IMG/VR virus record: IMGVR_UViG_3300037483_000443
Coordinates: 1 to 64,000 of that record
Source: a virus
Strand: one strand, 5' to 3'
Length of the DNA stretch: 64,000 nt
The notes under the pieces are model-generated. The model was not told where the DNA came from. It did no database searches and worked only from the letters and a program-made list of their open reading frames with translations. The translations under genes were made by a program, and so were the position numbers. Positions 1-9,204 of the stretch are shown here, piece by piece (position 1 is the first letter of the stretch; every line of letters starts with the position of its first letter).

Positions 1-498
1 CGGAACTCCGTTCTCATCGATGGTGATTCCGATGATGTCGCCCGGATCAATATACTTCCAACGCTTGAAGTCTGACTGCTTTTGGAAAAAGCAATCACCA
101 AATTTTACAGTTGTACGAGCGATGTCGTACAGGTTGGTGTTCAAATTCTGGATTTCACACCAGTGTCGAAGAGCAGCACGAACTGTCATTGTGATTGAAG
201 CTGGAACTTCCTTGTTGTTCTCATTCTGGTACTCAATCTCAAATGGGAGGTTAGTACGAACGTTCGTCTGCGTCATCTCTTCTGCGACAGTGTCAAGCGC
301 ACGTGAAACGAAGACATCGCTATCCATGTTCTTATATTGCACATACTTGGAAAAGCGCGACGATGCGCCCTTCATAACCTTCGTATACCATGAAAAATTC
401 GAGTAGAGTTTCGCTGCTTCAGGACTCGAAGCTACATACTGTGATTTTGATGGTGCAGGTTTAACGATTCGCCAGTAATCGGTAAAAATTCCAGACAT
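1..498 (-). CDS. Portal protein (T4 gp20-like), N-terminal part, truncated by window edge
   Basis: Not in ORF track. Own translation from ATG at 498: MSGIFTDYWRIVKP...RFSKYVQYKNMDSDVFVSRALDTVAEEMT...LYDIARTTVKFGDCFF. The Y-xx-MD-x-D-xx-V-xx-ALD-xx-AEE pattern and the GD-x-F motif resemble gp20-type portals. Confidence 0.7.
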   Translation of the reverse strand, partial: MSGIFTDYWRIVKPAPSKSQYVASSPEAAKLYSNFSWYTKVMKGASSRFSKYVQYKNMDSDVFVSRALDTVAEEMTQTNVRTNLPFEIEYQNENNKEVPASITMTVRAALRHWCEIQNLNTNLYDIARTTVKFGDCFFQKQSDFKRWKYIDPGDIIGITIDENGVP

Positions 499-501
499 AG
501 T

Positions 502-2031
502 TTATTCCTTTGGTTTATAGTGAAACACTCGATTTCCACAATCGTAGATTTGATGATATTTAGCATTTTTCATGTTGTCAACTTCAGAGAGCTCTTCATC
601 AAACCGATCTCCTAATAAAACTTTAAGTTTGTGCTTTTGTGTTTGATATCTACTAAGACGTAGTCCATTTCTAACATAAAAGTAAGACGGTGGAGAAGGT
701 AAAAGCTCTTCAAATCCAAGCTGACGATAGAGTGACCCATTTGACCAACACCGGTCAGCATAAGTAATCATGTTTTCATACCCAGCAGCTTTAAAGAGTC
801 TACTAGGACCACCGACGACATTTAAGCCAAGCTTAGTGCAATATCTTAGAAGCTCCCAGTCATACTTAACATTGAACCTGGGTTTTCCAAACGTCATAAG
901 AGCAACTAGTTCTTCTTTAAAAAATAAACCTACTCGACGTTTTGACCCTACAGAACCTTGAAGGTGATTCTCTTCGCAAAAAACCGAAGCTGTAACTTCT
1001 TCTACTTCTCTTATCGTACACTGTCTAGCATAGATTCGATCATTCTTGCCAAGAATTGATTTTATCCGGCTCTCAACGATAGAACGTTTGGTTTGCCATT
1101 GATGTTCAAATACGTGAATAAGTCTAATTCCAAGTGTTTCACATCTGTTCAGCTTGTTAAGGTGGTAGTTCTTATTCTGTTTTACTTCTGTTGAGTGAAA
1201 ATAATCTCCGTTATACTCAAATGCAAGGTTTTGTGCCTTAATGAAGATATCTAGCTCGTACGGCTGAATTAGATCTCTGACTTGAGTCTGAATAGACCCA
1301 AATTGCATGAGAAATTCGGCAAGTTCTTTTTCTCCATGACTTACAAAAGATTCTTTACAGGTAGGACAACTTAAGATGAAACCAGAAGATACTTTACTCT
1401 CAAAAATAGTTCCGCAAGAATGTTTCCACCGATAGATAGCGGCTTCTCCAAGATAAGATCGATCTCCTATTAGTTCTACTTTACAAATTTCTTCAATCAC
1501 TTTAAGACGTTTTGGCCACTTAACAGCAACATATTTTTCAATGTATCTTTCTCTAGCTTTTTTCTTTACTGCATCTACTTTAAAAGCATGATCTACACCA
1601 TATCGTTCAAGTAAATTTCGTTTTACTGTTGCTTGAACTATCGACGAAGCAACTGGAGTAACTGTACCATATCGCTGTAAACTTACTTCTTGCAAGCGCT
1701 GACGCGCATATTTTGATGCTAAGGGATTCTTAACCCCATACTTAGAGATGCAACTAGCTTCACGTCGCTTTATAAGAGATTGATCTGTCATTGCACACTT
1801 TGGAGAGCAATATTGACGATAACCTTGGTTAAAACTGATGAAATTATTGAATTCTTTATGACAATTCAAACATCCTTTGAACTTTTCAGCAGAACCGGGA
1901 TAGCAATAGTTGAAAGCTTTTTCTGGAACTGATCTACCTTTACACTTTTCAATTGTTTGATTAGTGCTCAGTAGCTTTCCAGCATGTCTTGGCTTCTTCA
2001 AAAATAAGTCAATGATCTGTTCTCGGTTCAT
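502..2031 (-). CDS. Hef-like putative homing endonuclease (KYGV repeats, Zn ribbons, Vsr/DUF559-type nuclease, C-terminal GNAT-like domain)
   Basis: KYGV/RYGT/RYGV repeats; ELDIFI...AFEYNGDYFH nuclease motif; C-terminal IYARQC...NHLQG...WELLRYC...YADR domain; AT-richer than flanks; inserted upstream of the portal gene. Confidence 0.7.
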   Translation of the reverse strand: MNREQIIDLFLKKPRHAGKLLSTNQTIEKCKGRSVPEKAFNYCYPGSAEKFKGCLNCHKEFNNFISFNQGYRQYCSPKCAMTDQSLIKRREASCISKYGVKNPLASKYARQRLQEVSLQRYGTVTPVASSIVQATVKRNLLERYGVDHAFKVDAVKKKARERYIEKYVAVKWPKRLKVIEEICKVELIGDRSYLGEAAIYRWKHSCGTIFESKVSSGFILSCPTCKESFVSHGEKELAEFLMQFGSIQTQVRDLIQPYELDIFIKAQNLAFEYNGDYFHSTEVKQNKNYHLNKLNRCETLGIRLIHVFEHQWQTKRSIVESRIKSILGKNDRIYARQCTIREVEEVTASVFCEENHLQGSVGSKRRVGLFFKEELVALMTFGKPRFNVKYDWELLRYCTKLGLNVVGGPSRLFKAAGYENMITYADRCWSNGSLYRQLGFEELLPSPPSYFYVRNGLRLSRYQTQKHKLKVLLGDRFDEELSEVDNMKNAKYHQIYDCGNRVFHYKPKE

Positions 2032-2036
2032 GAAGT

Positions 2037-2044
2037 TATTTATA
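2037..2044 (-). promoter_or_regulatory. T4-like late promoter TATAAATA (representative; TAAATA also at +4454, -4484, +4847, -9147, +15677, -15695, +19120, +22853, +23281, +27122, +35714, +44471, -49989, -52512, -57429, -57771, -61545, -61594, +61638)
   Basis: TAAATA recurs at gene boundaries, mostly oriented with the downstream gene; a gp55-like sigma is encoded in the window. Confidence 0.75.
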
Positions 2045-2073
2045 AGCCATCAAAACCTTTGTGTACCAAGAGA

Positions 2074-4437
2074 TCAACCCACACTGTTAGCAACGATAGC
2101 AGCAGATTCTTTGAACATCTTCTTATCAGGTCCCGCTCTAAACGCAGTTGCTGTATTTTGAGCGATCTCCATTAAGATTTGAGTCTGTTTTCTCAACTCC
2201 GACATTGCTAAGTCGCTTCCTGGAGATGGGACTGCTGATGGACTGGTAGGAATAGATGAAGCAGCTGACATTGGGGTGGGAGCTGCAGGAGCGGTAGGAG
2301 CCGTGATTGCTGTGTTTGTTGGGAACATTTTGCCCCAATTTTGATAAGCTCCATAAGCTCCACCGGCAAGGCCTCCTATTGCACCTCCAGCTAATGTTCC
2401 AACTCCAGGTATAAAGCTCCCCAACATCGCTCCGGTACCTGCCCAACCCGCGGCAGTACCTAACATGTCAGCAGTACCACCTAACTGTTCATGTCCTCCT
2501 GCAACTAATTTCTCACTAGCATACCCAAGACCAAGTGAAGCGGCGCCCCCTATCATTCCGGCACCTAGTCCTCTCATCAGCTTACTCTTTAATCCACCAC
2601 CTTTTTTACCTCCATCAGGAGAGCCACCACCTCTTACTCCAGCAGCACCAGATCTTATTTTGGTAATGAGTTCATCAAAAGCTTTTTCTAATCTAAGACC
2701 TTTGTAAGCAATTGCAGCAAATGCTACAGCAACACCCACACCAGCAATGCCGATACTTGTATTCATGATAGCATTCCATTGCTGTTGAACGTCGCGGGCC
2801 ATCATCACCGTTTTTGTAAGCAGATCTTGCTCAGTTTTCAATTTCATAGCAGATTCGCCTTGTTGCTTGAAGGCTTCGTCAGCGATAGCAACTCCTGTTC
2901 GTTCTCCCTTAACAGCAGCTGCGCCTGCCATGCCAGCAACGTTTGCAACATCTCCAGCAGCACCCTGCATGATGTTGGCTGCGTGCTGGAACATCAACGC
3001 GTCTTCTTTTCTACCTGACTTAAAGAGCTCAGCCTGTTTTTGTGTATTCTTGTCAAGAGCAGCTTGATATGTCTTAAACGCAGCTGCATTCTCGGAGATG
3101 TACTGTTCGATTTGATCAGGAGTTGCGCCACCTTCTACCATCTCAGCGTATGTTCTTAGCGCAGCTGTTGCGTTGGCCAAATCTTTGTTCTCAGGTTGCA
3201 TTGCTTGAAGTTGGGTAAGAAGGTTCTTAAAAGATTCTGCCTGTTGAATCTTTTGACGCTCGATGTTCTTCTTCGGATCAAATGCGGCATCAATTCGATC
3301 ACCAAACTCTTTGATTTGATCGTTTGACATACCAATTTTCTTCAAATTCTCAGTTCGAAGATAAACTTCTTGACGAATTTGAGCGAGTTGAGTTTGATTT
3401 AGACCTGTCAGCTTTGCCTGAATGGTAGCTCCATTCATCTGAGCTTCCATTAGATCGGCAAATTGCTCAGCCGTATCACCAAAGATGTAATTGAATTTTG
3501 TAAACTCGTCCTGAGTTTGTTTGAGAGCTTCATTGAAGTCTGCGGAATTTGACTTTACATTAACTCCCATCGTCTTCATTGATTCAATGAAGCGAGCAGT
3601 TGCCTTGACTCCATCTTTTCCCATGTAAGCCAAGTTCTCTGAAGATTTATCTAAGATTTCACCAAATCTTTTGATTCCTTCTGTCCCTCCTCCAAGCTGA
3701 CGAACGATGTCACGATTTTTTGCGATAATCTCTGAGAACTCTTCAAACGACATCTTTAACTTGATCGCTTGGTATCCTATCGTTGAAAATGAGTCTTGAA
3801 GACCGACAGCGGTAGCAGCATTTAACTCATCGATTGCATGACTGAGAGCAGCTTTCATCAGCTCCCATGACTTGGTAGCAGTCAAGGTCTTTGCTACCCA
3901 TCCCTTCAATGCTCCAGTACTGAGGTCTACATACTTTTGAAAGTCATTCAGCTTTTCGGCAGATTGAAATAGTGCTTCGGCTTGAGTTTTAAAGCCTTGG
4001 ATTCCCTTCTTCTGAACATCAAGTGCAGTAACTTCACCTTTAAGAACTTCAGTACGAAGACGAATCTCTTCAGCTTTCTGTTTGTTACCGCGAGCTTCGT
4101 AGTGAGCGACGAGACCTTCTTGCTTAGTGATCGTCTTGGTCAGATCTTTCATCTGATCGTCAAGAGCTTTAATTGTCTTCTCAAACTGTTGCTCTTGTTG
4201 ATCAAGAGCATCAATCAAGTCATCGGTTGACTTGATCAGTGTAAGTTGCTCGTCATTAAGAGCTCCGGTATCCTTGGCAAGCTTTCTGAGGTTCTTATCA
4301 AGATCTTTGAGTGCAGTTTCACTCAAGCTCTCCATCGCCTTAGCAAGCTTATATGCGACTCGCTCTTGTGCTTCTTGAGCTCTTCTCAGCCGGTCAAATA
4401 CGTCTTCGGTTTGCTTGGTAGTATCTTTCGCCGCCAT
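2074..4437 (-). CDS. Tail tape-measure-like protein
   Basis: 787 aa, long Ala/Lys/Gln-rich helical region, hydrophobic segment, Gly-zipper (GAGMIGG..GAMLGSFIPGVGTLAGGAIGG); divergent from the hub/chaperone genes. Confidence 0.65.
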   Translation of the reverse strand: MAAKDTTKQTEDVFDRLRRAQEAQERVAYKLAKAMESLSETALKDLDKNLRKLAKDTGALNDEQLTLIKSTDDLIDALDQQEQQFEKTIKALDDQMKDLTKTITKQEGLVAHYEARGNKQKAEEIRLRTEVLKGEVTALDVQKKGIQGFKTQAEALFQSAEKLNDFQKYVDLSTGALKGWVAKTLTATKSWELMKAALSHAIDELNAATAVGLQDSFSTIGYQAIKLKMSFEEFSEIIAKNRDIVRQLGGGTEGIKRFGEILDKSSENLAYMGKDGVKATARFIESMKTMGVNVKSNSADFNEALKQTQDEFTKFNYIFGDTAEQFADLMEAQMNGATIQAKLTGLNQTQLAQIRQEVYLRTENLKKIGMSNDQIKEFGDRIDAAFDPKKNIERQKIQQAESFKNLLTQLQAMQPENKDLANATAALRTYAEMVEGGATPDQIEQYISENAAAFKTYQAALDKNTQKQAELFKSGRKEDALMFQHAANIMQGAAGDVANVAGMAGAAAVKGERTGVAIADEAFKQQGESAMKLKTEQDLLTKTVMMARDVQQQWNAIMNTSIGIAGVGVAVAFAAIAYKGLRLEKAFDELITKIRSGAAGVRGGGSPDGGKKGGGLKSKLMRGLGAGMIGGAASLGLGYASEKLVAGGHEQLGGTADMLGTAAGWAGTGAMLGSFIPGVGTLAGGAIGGLAGGAYGAYQNWGKMFPTNTAITAPTAPAAPTPMSAASSIPTSPSAVPSPGSDLAMSELRKQTQILMEIAQNTATAFRAGPDKKMFKESAAIVANSVG

Positions 4438-4488
4438 TGGACTTATCGCTTCATAAATAGATTAGCACAACTTACAATCTACTTATTT

Positions 4489-4857
4489 ATGTTCAACGAC
4501 CTTAAAGAATTGTGGATCACCAACTTGTATAAGTCTTATTGGGCGATCTTACTCCCGTCTATCGAAAAACAGATGACCACTTCTGGGCTTATTCTTGACC
4601 TTGATAGTCTTCCTAATCATCCAATTCCGTTCAAGGAGTTCTTCATTAGATGGCTGATTTCTATACAACGAGATCGAATAGAGAGAGGAGCCGGAGTGAT
4701 CGTCACGAAAGAGATTGTGTTAGCTTGTCCGCTGTGGAAAGTCGTAAAGTGCCCTCTAAAGAGAATTAAGCTGACCAAGGAAGCTCTATTCAATCGTCCA
4801 ACTCCTTCTAAGAAAAGTATCGGTACTAAAGGTACTCAGGGCTCCATAAATAAGTGA
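4489..4857 (+). CDS. Hypothetical protein (probable start at ATG 4489)
   Basis: The upstream part of the listed ORF overlaps the tape-measure gene antisense; TAAATA at 4454 precedes ATG 4489. Confidence 0.5.
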   Translation: MFNDLKELWITNLYKSYWAILLPSIEKQMTTSGLILDLDSLPNHPIPFKEFFIRWLISIQRDRIERGAGVIVTKEIVLACPLWKVVKCPLKRIKLTKEALFNRPTPSKKSIGTKGTQGSINK

Positions 4858-4879
4858 TACCAAACGATAGGCTCAAACC

Positions 4880-5680
4880 ATGACAAATCCTCTTCTCCAG
4901 AAAACCAAGCTTCCAGGTAGAATCTTCCAGCTCCCTTCAAAGGGAATCTTTTACAAACAAGGTGTTCTAGCAGAACACGTAAGGGATGGTGAAGTAGAAG
5001 TTCAACCGATGTCAGCTTTGGCTGAGATGAAGCTACGTTCACCGGACATGTTGTTCAGTGGACGCGCTCTCAGAGAGATCTGCCTAGAGTGCATTCCTGA
5101 TATTCTGAAGCCTGATGAGCTCGTCTCAAAGGATGTCGATGCGATCTTCTGCTTCTTGCGCATCGTGACATATGGACCGATAATGGAATTTCGATCGGTC
5201 CACAATTGCCCAAACCGCCAGATCCACGAGTACAAATCGAGTCTTGAGAACATCACGTTAAAACCAAACAATAAGATACTTGAGCATGCAGATGTCCTCT
5301 ACACGTTTAAGTTGTCAAATGAACAGACAATTAAGTTGAGACCGGTTAGGTTTCAAGACGCAGTTGAGATGTTACACCTGCAACAGGAAGCCGAGAAGCA
5401 GCTTGAATCTGACGGACAAGTAGATCAAGCAATCATCGAGAACACAATGGTATCTGACCTGTTGACGATCATCGATGCAGTTGACGGTGTAGTCGATCGA
5501 GCAATGATCGAGGAATGGGTGAGATCTTTACCGCGTAAGATGTTCGTCGAGATTATCAACAAGTCTCGTCTTGCGAGTGACTGGGGATTTGACTTGAAAG
5601 TAGAAGTTACGTGTGCAGATTGCGGAACTGCTTATCTGCACGATCTAGAACTGGATCCCATAAATTTTTTCTCCGAGTGA
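4880..5680 (+). CDS. Baseplate hub assembly / tail assembly chaperone (T4 gp26-like)
   Basis: LPSKGIFY..., DVDAIFCFLRIVTYG, Zn-ribbon CADCG, C-terminal PINFF typical of gp26-like proteins. Confidence 0.7.
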   Translation: MTNPLLQKTKLPGRIFQLPSKGIFYKQGVLAEHVRDGEVEVQPMSALAEMKLRSPDMLFSGRALREICLECIPDILKPDELVSKDVDAIFCFLRIVTYGPIMEFRSVHNCPNRQIHEYKSSLENITLKPNNKILEHADVLYTFKLSNEQTIKLRPVRFQDAVEMLHLQQEAEKQLESDGQVDQAIIENTMVSDLLTIIDAVDGVVDRAMIEEWVRSLPRKMFVEIINKSRLASDWGFDLKVEVTCADCGTAYLHDLELDPINFFSE

Positions 5681-5913
5681 TCGCTACTAGGGACTCAGAG
5701 ATCATCTCATCAATGATCTCTTCGTTCACTCGTCAAAATGAGTCACTGATCCACCAGATCAACCAGCTGATGTATTACTTCAGGGGATCTCTTGGACGAG
5801 ATGACGCTTGGGCTTTGAGTTACGTAGAGCGAGAGATCGCGATCTCGTTTATCAACGATCGCTTTAAGGACGCCGGAGAGATGATGAAGGCTCAAATCCC
5901 GGTCTTCGTGTAA
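5665..5913 (+). CDS. gp51-like / tail-chaperone C-terminal extension, probably reached by -1 frameshift
   Basis: LMYYFRGSLGRDDAWALSYVERE resembles the gp51/gpGT C-terminal motif; lies in the -1 frame relative to the upstream gene at slippery AAATTTTTTC (5662-5671). Confidence 0.55.
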   Translation, partial: FFLRVIATRDSEIISSMISSFTRQNESLIHQINQLMYYFRGSLGRDDAWALSYVEREIAISFINDRFKDAGEMMKAQIPVFV

Positions 5914-5967
5914 CCCGAAAGGGTATGACCCCGGATCCGGGGTCGAGTTGGCTAGCCAACTCCGTTA
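5911..5967. repeat. Three tandem hairpins including two adjacent perfect 18-bp palindromes, between convergent genes
   Basis: ACCC-GAAA-GGGT (5913-5924), GACCCCGGATCCGGGGTC (5927-5944), GAGTTGGCTAGCCAACTC (5945-5962). Confidence 0.85.
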
Positions 5968-5968
5968 T

Positions 5969-6310
5969 CTAGTCGCGACGCATCTTTGCGATGTCCTTTG
6001 CATCTTTTGTAGAGAAAACAGGTACCGAGTTTGACTTGTGCATCGTTGCGATTCCAATCATTGCGGTACCTGTATACATCTGGGCTTGTCTTTGAAACGT
6101 GTCTACTGCAACTGACTTGATTGACTGAATTGACTTGAAGACTTCTGCGCCCGATCTGATCGGGGTTTTAGGTTGAATCGCAGACATCGGGACAAATTTC
6201 TTTGATTCGGTCTTCACTCCGTACTTTTTCTGTTGCTCATTCCAGGCTGCTTCCTGTTTAGCAATCTGTTTTCGAGTTTTCTTTGAAGATCTCCCTGTGT
6301 AAATCATCAT
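5969..6310 (-). CDS. Conserved hypothetical protein of T4-like phages
   Basis: Basic protein ending YTGTAMIGIATMHKSNSVPVF...DIAKMRR, a motif I recall from T4-like phages. Confidence 0.65.
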   Translation of the reverse strand: MMIYTGRSSKKTRKQIAKQEAAWNEQQKKYGVKTESKKFVPMSAIQPKTPIRSGAEVFKSIQSIKSVAVDTFQRQAQMYTGTAMIGIATMHKSNSVPVFSTKDAKDIAKMRRD

Positions 6311-7017
6311 GTTGCATCGTCCGGATCGAGTCGAAAGTTGAAAAGGGTTTGCAAAAAGTTGGAGAGACGCTCTCTAGATTCTCCGAGGGGACTCACCCGA
6401 GGAGAATCCACGCTCTTTATAGATAAGAATGATGTAGTGGATATGTTGATGAGCCGTAAGAAGAAGCCGTGGAGAGCACCCAGAGCCTCCTTCAACACGG
6501 CATAGAGCTGGTCGCGCTGCTTCTTCAAGTATCTTTGCTGAATGAAAGTGTACAACCACTTCGTGTATGCATAGAAAGAGTATGATGAGTACCTTGAGTG
6601 CTTCTCAGAAATCTTGTAGCCTCGAGTGATCGGAGTGATCAGCTTCGTGAAGAACTCGCGGTAGAAGTATTGTCCGCTGTCACGAATGATTGAGGCCTTG
6701 GATGGAGATGAAAACGCAGATCGACTAGCAAATTCGATCTGTAGCTGGTGACGCAGCAGCATCCCGTAGTTGACGATGGTAGATTGCTTGCGGTCACCCC
6801 TAAGAATCTCATCGAAGAACTTTTTGTGTTCGACTTGAGGATTGTGCAGAGTTGCACGCTTGTTGCCACCCGCTTCAGATTGCGGAGTAAAGGCTGACAC
6901 TTCACGGCCTAACTTGTATGACTCTGCTTTGAGAGACTCTGTAATGTCTTGAGCTCTCTGATTCAGAGCGAAATTAGACCACCCAATAAGCTGTGTCAAC
7001 TTAAAAACTCCTGCCAA
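6307..7017 (-). CDS. Hypothetical protein
   Basis: 236-aa ORF overlapping its neighbours in a minus-strand block. Confidence 0.55.
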   Translation of the reverse strand: MAGVFKLTQLIGWSNFALNQRAQDITESLKAESYKLGREVSAFTPQSEAGGNKRATLHNPQVEHKKFFDEILRGDRKQSTIVNYGMLLRHQLQIEFASRSAFSSPSKASIIRDSGQYFYREFFTKLITPITRGYKISEKHSRYSSYSFYAYTKWLYTFIQQRYLKKQRDQLYAVLKEALGALHGFFLRLINISTTSFLSIKSVDSPRVSPLGESRERLSNFLQTLFNFRLDPDDAT

Positions 7018-7187
7018 GCTTCATTGATCTCACGGTTGACTTCCTCATCAGTCTTAGACTTTACTGAGGATAAAACTGGTTTAACAATTTCGGAGAGATT
7101 TTGGAAGTCTTTTTTACTCATACGTGATGCCCTGAGCTTTTCAAGAATTCGACCATTGTTACCAAAATCTCCTTCAATAACACTCAT
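6996..7187 (-). CDS. Hypothetical protein
   Basis: 63-aa ORF, ATGA-type overlap with the upstream gene. Confidence 0.5.
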   Translation of the reverse strand: MSVIEGDFGNNGRILEKLRASRMSKKDFQNLSEIVKPVLSSVKSKTDEEVNREINEAWQEFLS

Positions 7188-7549
7188 TGTTTGATATCTT
7201 CTGCGGTGTGAGCAAACTCAGATCCAACTGACAAAACATGTGGAGGAACTGCTGCCTTTTGAGATGGTACCGGAACGTCTACTGAGGTGTGATTCTTAGC
7301 TATTTCTTTCTTTAGGTGATTGTAGAGACCACGCTTACTGCGGGCTTCTACGGTGATTGTACCAGCTGCAATTGGGATCGTCTTCTCAACCATCTCACCC
7401 TTGTCATCAAAATCACTCACAGTGACTTGCTTACGGTTGCGAACGTTCTCACTGTATGCAACCTCTGGGATTACTTGTTCTCCCCCTTGACGCATCTTTT
7501 CCAGATTGCGGATGATCTTACGGAGGGCTTTGGCTTTTTTTGCGTTCAT
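7184..7549 (-). CDS. Hypothetical protein
   Basis: 121-aa ORF with AAGGA SD; MNAKKAKALRK start. Confidence 0.65.
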   Translation of the reverse strand: MNAKKAKALRKIIRNLEKMRQGGEQVIPEVAYSENVRNRKQVTVSDFDDKGEMVEKTIPIAAGTITVEARSKRGLYNHLKKEIAKNHTSVDVPVPSQKAAVPPHVLSVGSEFAHTAEDIKQ

Positions 7550-7764
7550 TCTATTTCCTTTGGTTTAGTATTTCTTGCTGTGGTAAATCTTTTTGAAGTG
7601 TAGTCATGTGTTGTCTAGCTCGTCTTACAGCTATCGCAATGTCTGGTCTTCTTTGATCTTCAGTAAGAAGCCCATTCAGATAATTTTGCCATTGAACAAG
7701 CGAGGCACCTGCTTCAGGAATTACGTGAACTATCCAAGATACTTCTCTGCCAACAAATCCGGTC

Positions 7765-7932
7765 TTACGCAAAGAATACTTTCCAGCCGATAAATCCCAA
7801 TTGAACAAATAGAAAAACTGCCAATAGATCAGTAAACTTTGTCGGTTTTCCAGATGATTCTACGATGAACCTGTGCAGAAAGCATGAACCGACAAATACT
7901 GCAATCAGCATAAAAAGAGATACACTATTCAT
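7765..7932 (-). CDS. Small two-TM membrane protein (not in ORF track)
   Basis: Own translation MNSVSLFMLIAVFVGSCFLHRFIVESSGKPTKFTDLLAVFLFVQLGFIGWKVFFA; its ATG overlaps the TGA of 7929..8423. Confidence 0.5.
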   Translation of the reverse strand: MNSVSLFMLIAVFVGSCFLHRFIVESSGKPTKFTDLLAVFLFVQLGFIGWKVFFA

Positions 7933-8423
7933 TTAGATTCTCTAATCTCTCTCAGAATTGCTGAGATGTTGTAGAGCTTGACGCTTACTTCAAACATCTT
8001 CTCTAGAGAGTCAACGATGAAGACGTTGGGATTGTTGACCTTCTTCAGGTGTGCAAGAACGATCGCTCTCGCATTGTGAGATTCTTTTGCGGCAGATGGA
8101 TTTTCCATACTGAGCAGAGGATTTAGCTTTTGTTCGATGTAGATGACTACAAAGCGCTGCTGATCGTTTGATCGGATTGCACTGAGGATCGAGTAGCCAG
8201 TTTCGGCAAGAGAGGCTGTACCAAAAGTCTCACCTGTGATTGGAAAGAGAATGACGTCATCGTTGACGAGATGCTCTGCTTCAACTGCAGAGTCTTCGGG
8301 TTTCCAATCATCCTTGAGAGGATTGAAGAAGTTGATGCTTCTCATCTTGTATCGATTGACGAATGCGTCCCGCCACTTACTTGATCCACACGTTCCAAAC
8401 AATCCAATGCAAGGTTTACTCAT
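7929..8423 (-). CDS. Nucleoside 2-deoxyribosyltransferase-like (NDT/TIR-like flavodoxin fold) protein
   Basis: IGLFGTCGSSKWR...FFNP...W...E...DVILFPITGETFGTASLAETG pattern with conserved Glu. Confidence 0.6.
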   Translation of the reverse strand: MSKPCIGLFGTCGSSKWRDAFVNRYKMRSINFFNPLKDDWKPEDSAVEAEHLVNDDVILFPITGETFGTASLAETGYSILSAIRSNDQQRFVVIYIEQKLNPLLSMENPSAAKESHNARAIVLAHLKKVNNPNVFIVDSLEKMFEVSVKLYNISAILREIRESK

Positions 8424-8649
8424 CTTTGAAGACTCCTGCTCTCTTTAGCGTCTCATACATTGCATGCAATCCATCTTCACTTGACACATTCCAGTAGATT
8501 CTAAATCTAGTGATGTAACGGCCTGTCATGAGACACAAAGAAAAGTACGGAGCTTCTGGACGTCTGCACAATTCAAATCCCAAAGTAGGAAATACCCAAG
8601 GAACCCGCGTGTCTAACTCTTTAGGAGAGACGAATTGAAATTCTATCAT
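8416..8649 (-). CDS. Hypothetical protein
   Basis: 77-aa ORF filling the gap, overlapping the next gene. Confidence 0.5.
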   Translation of the reverse strand: MIEFQFVSPKELDTRVPWVFPTLGFELCRRPEAPYFSLCLMTGRYITRFRIYWNVSSEDGLHAMYETLKRAGVFKDE

Positions 8650-8653
8650 AGAA

Positions 8654-9145
8654 TTATTTTAACATAAAGCCATGAAAATGTAAACAATTTAGGAGACGCT
8701 CGTGGAGCTTAGTTTCCTTGTTGTCAAACCACTTTCTCATGATCTTCGTGCGAATGTGACCGTTGATGCACAGTGGGTCAAACATGCTGCCGGTCATGTA
8801 AAGGAGAGATTCTTCACTATAGATTGTAGCTGCAGCTGTTTCTACGAAGATCATGATCTCACGCTTGAACTTGTCTTCGCCTAATTCTTTAACCATCTCC
8901 TTGAGATAGTCAGATGATGACCAGTAGTCTTTCCAGTCAGACTGAACGAGGGATCTTTGCTTCTTGATCGTTCCGTTCTTTCTCTTGACATTTTTAGTAA
9001 CTTTACGAAAAATGTTTTTCCTGCCTATATACCAACGTCCAGTCTCGACGTGAGTGATGATGTAGAGAAAAGCAATTGCCTTCTCTGGGATGTCTTCGTC
9101 TTGTAGAGGTTTACCCTCATAATACCAAAAATTATTTTCCATCAT
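8654..9145 (-). CDS. GIY-YIG family endonuclease (short, conserved in T4-like phages)
   Basis: FLYIITHVETGRWYIGRK...SDWKDYWSSS...FKREI...E. Confidence 0.7.
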   Translation of the reverse strand: MMENNFWYYEGKPLQDEDIPEKAIAFLYIITHVETGRWYIGRKNIFRKVTKNVKRKNGTIKKQRSLVQSDWKDYWSSSDYLKEMVKELGEDKFKREIMIFVETAAATIYSEESLLYMTGSMFDPLCINGHIRTKIMRKWFDNKETKLHERLLNCLHFHGFMLK

Positions 9146-9148
9146 CTA

Positions 9149-9176
9149 TTTACTTCTTGGCATACTGTGATATAAT
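9149..9176 (+). promoter_or_regulatory. Sigma70-type early promoter
   Basis: TTTACT (9149-9154), 16 nt, extended -10 TG-n-TATAAT (9168-9176); GGAGG SD before ATG 9205. Confidence 0.6.
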
Positions 9177-9204
9177 ATCTCATCGTAAACGATTCGGAGG
9201 TAAT

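Noticed and set aside
20-406. Listed + strand ORF
   Set aside because: Antisense shadow of the minus-strand portal gene (1..498)
5911-5967. tRNA-like cloverleaf
   Set aside because: Too short, no T-loop or anticodon loop, and the arms are loop-less palindromes
7551-7808. 85-aa ORF with TTG start
   Set aside because: Overlaps the better-supported membrane ORF 7765..7932 and lacks a clear start; a shorter gene may exist but I cannot support it
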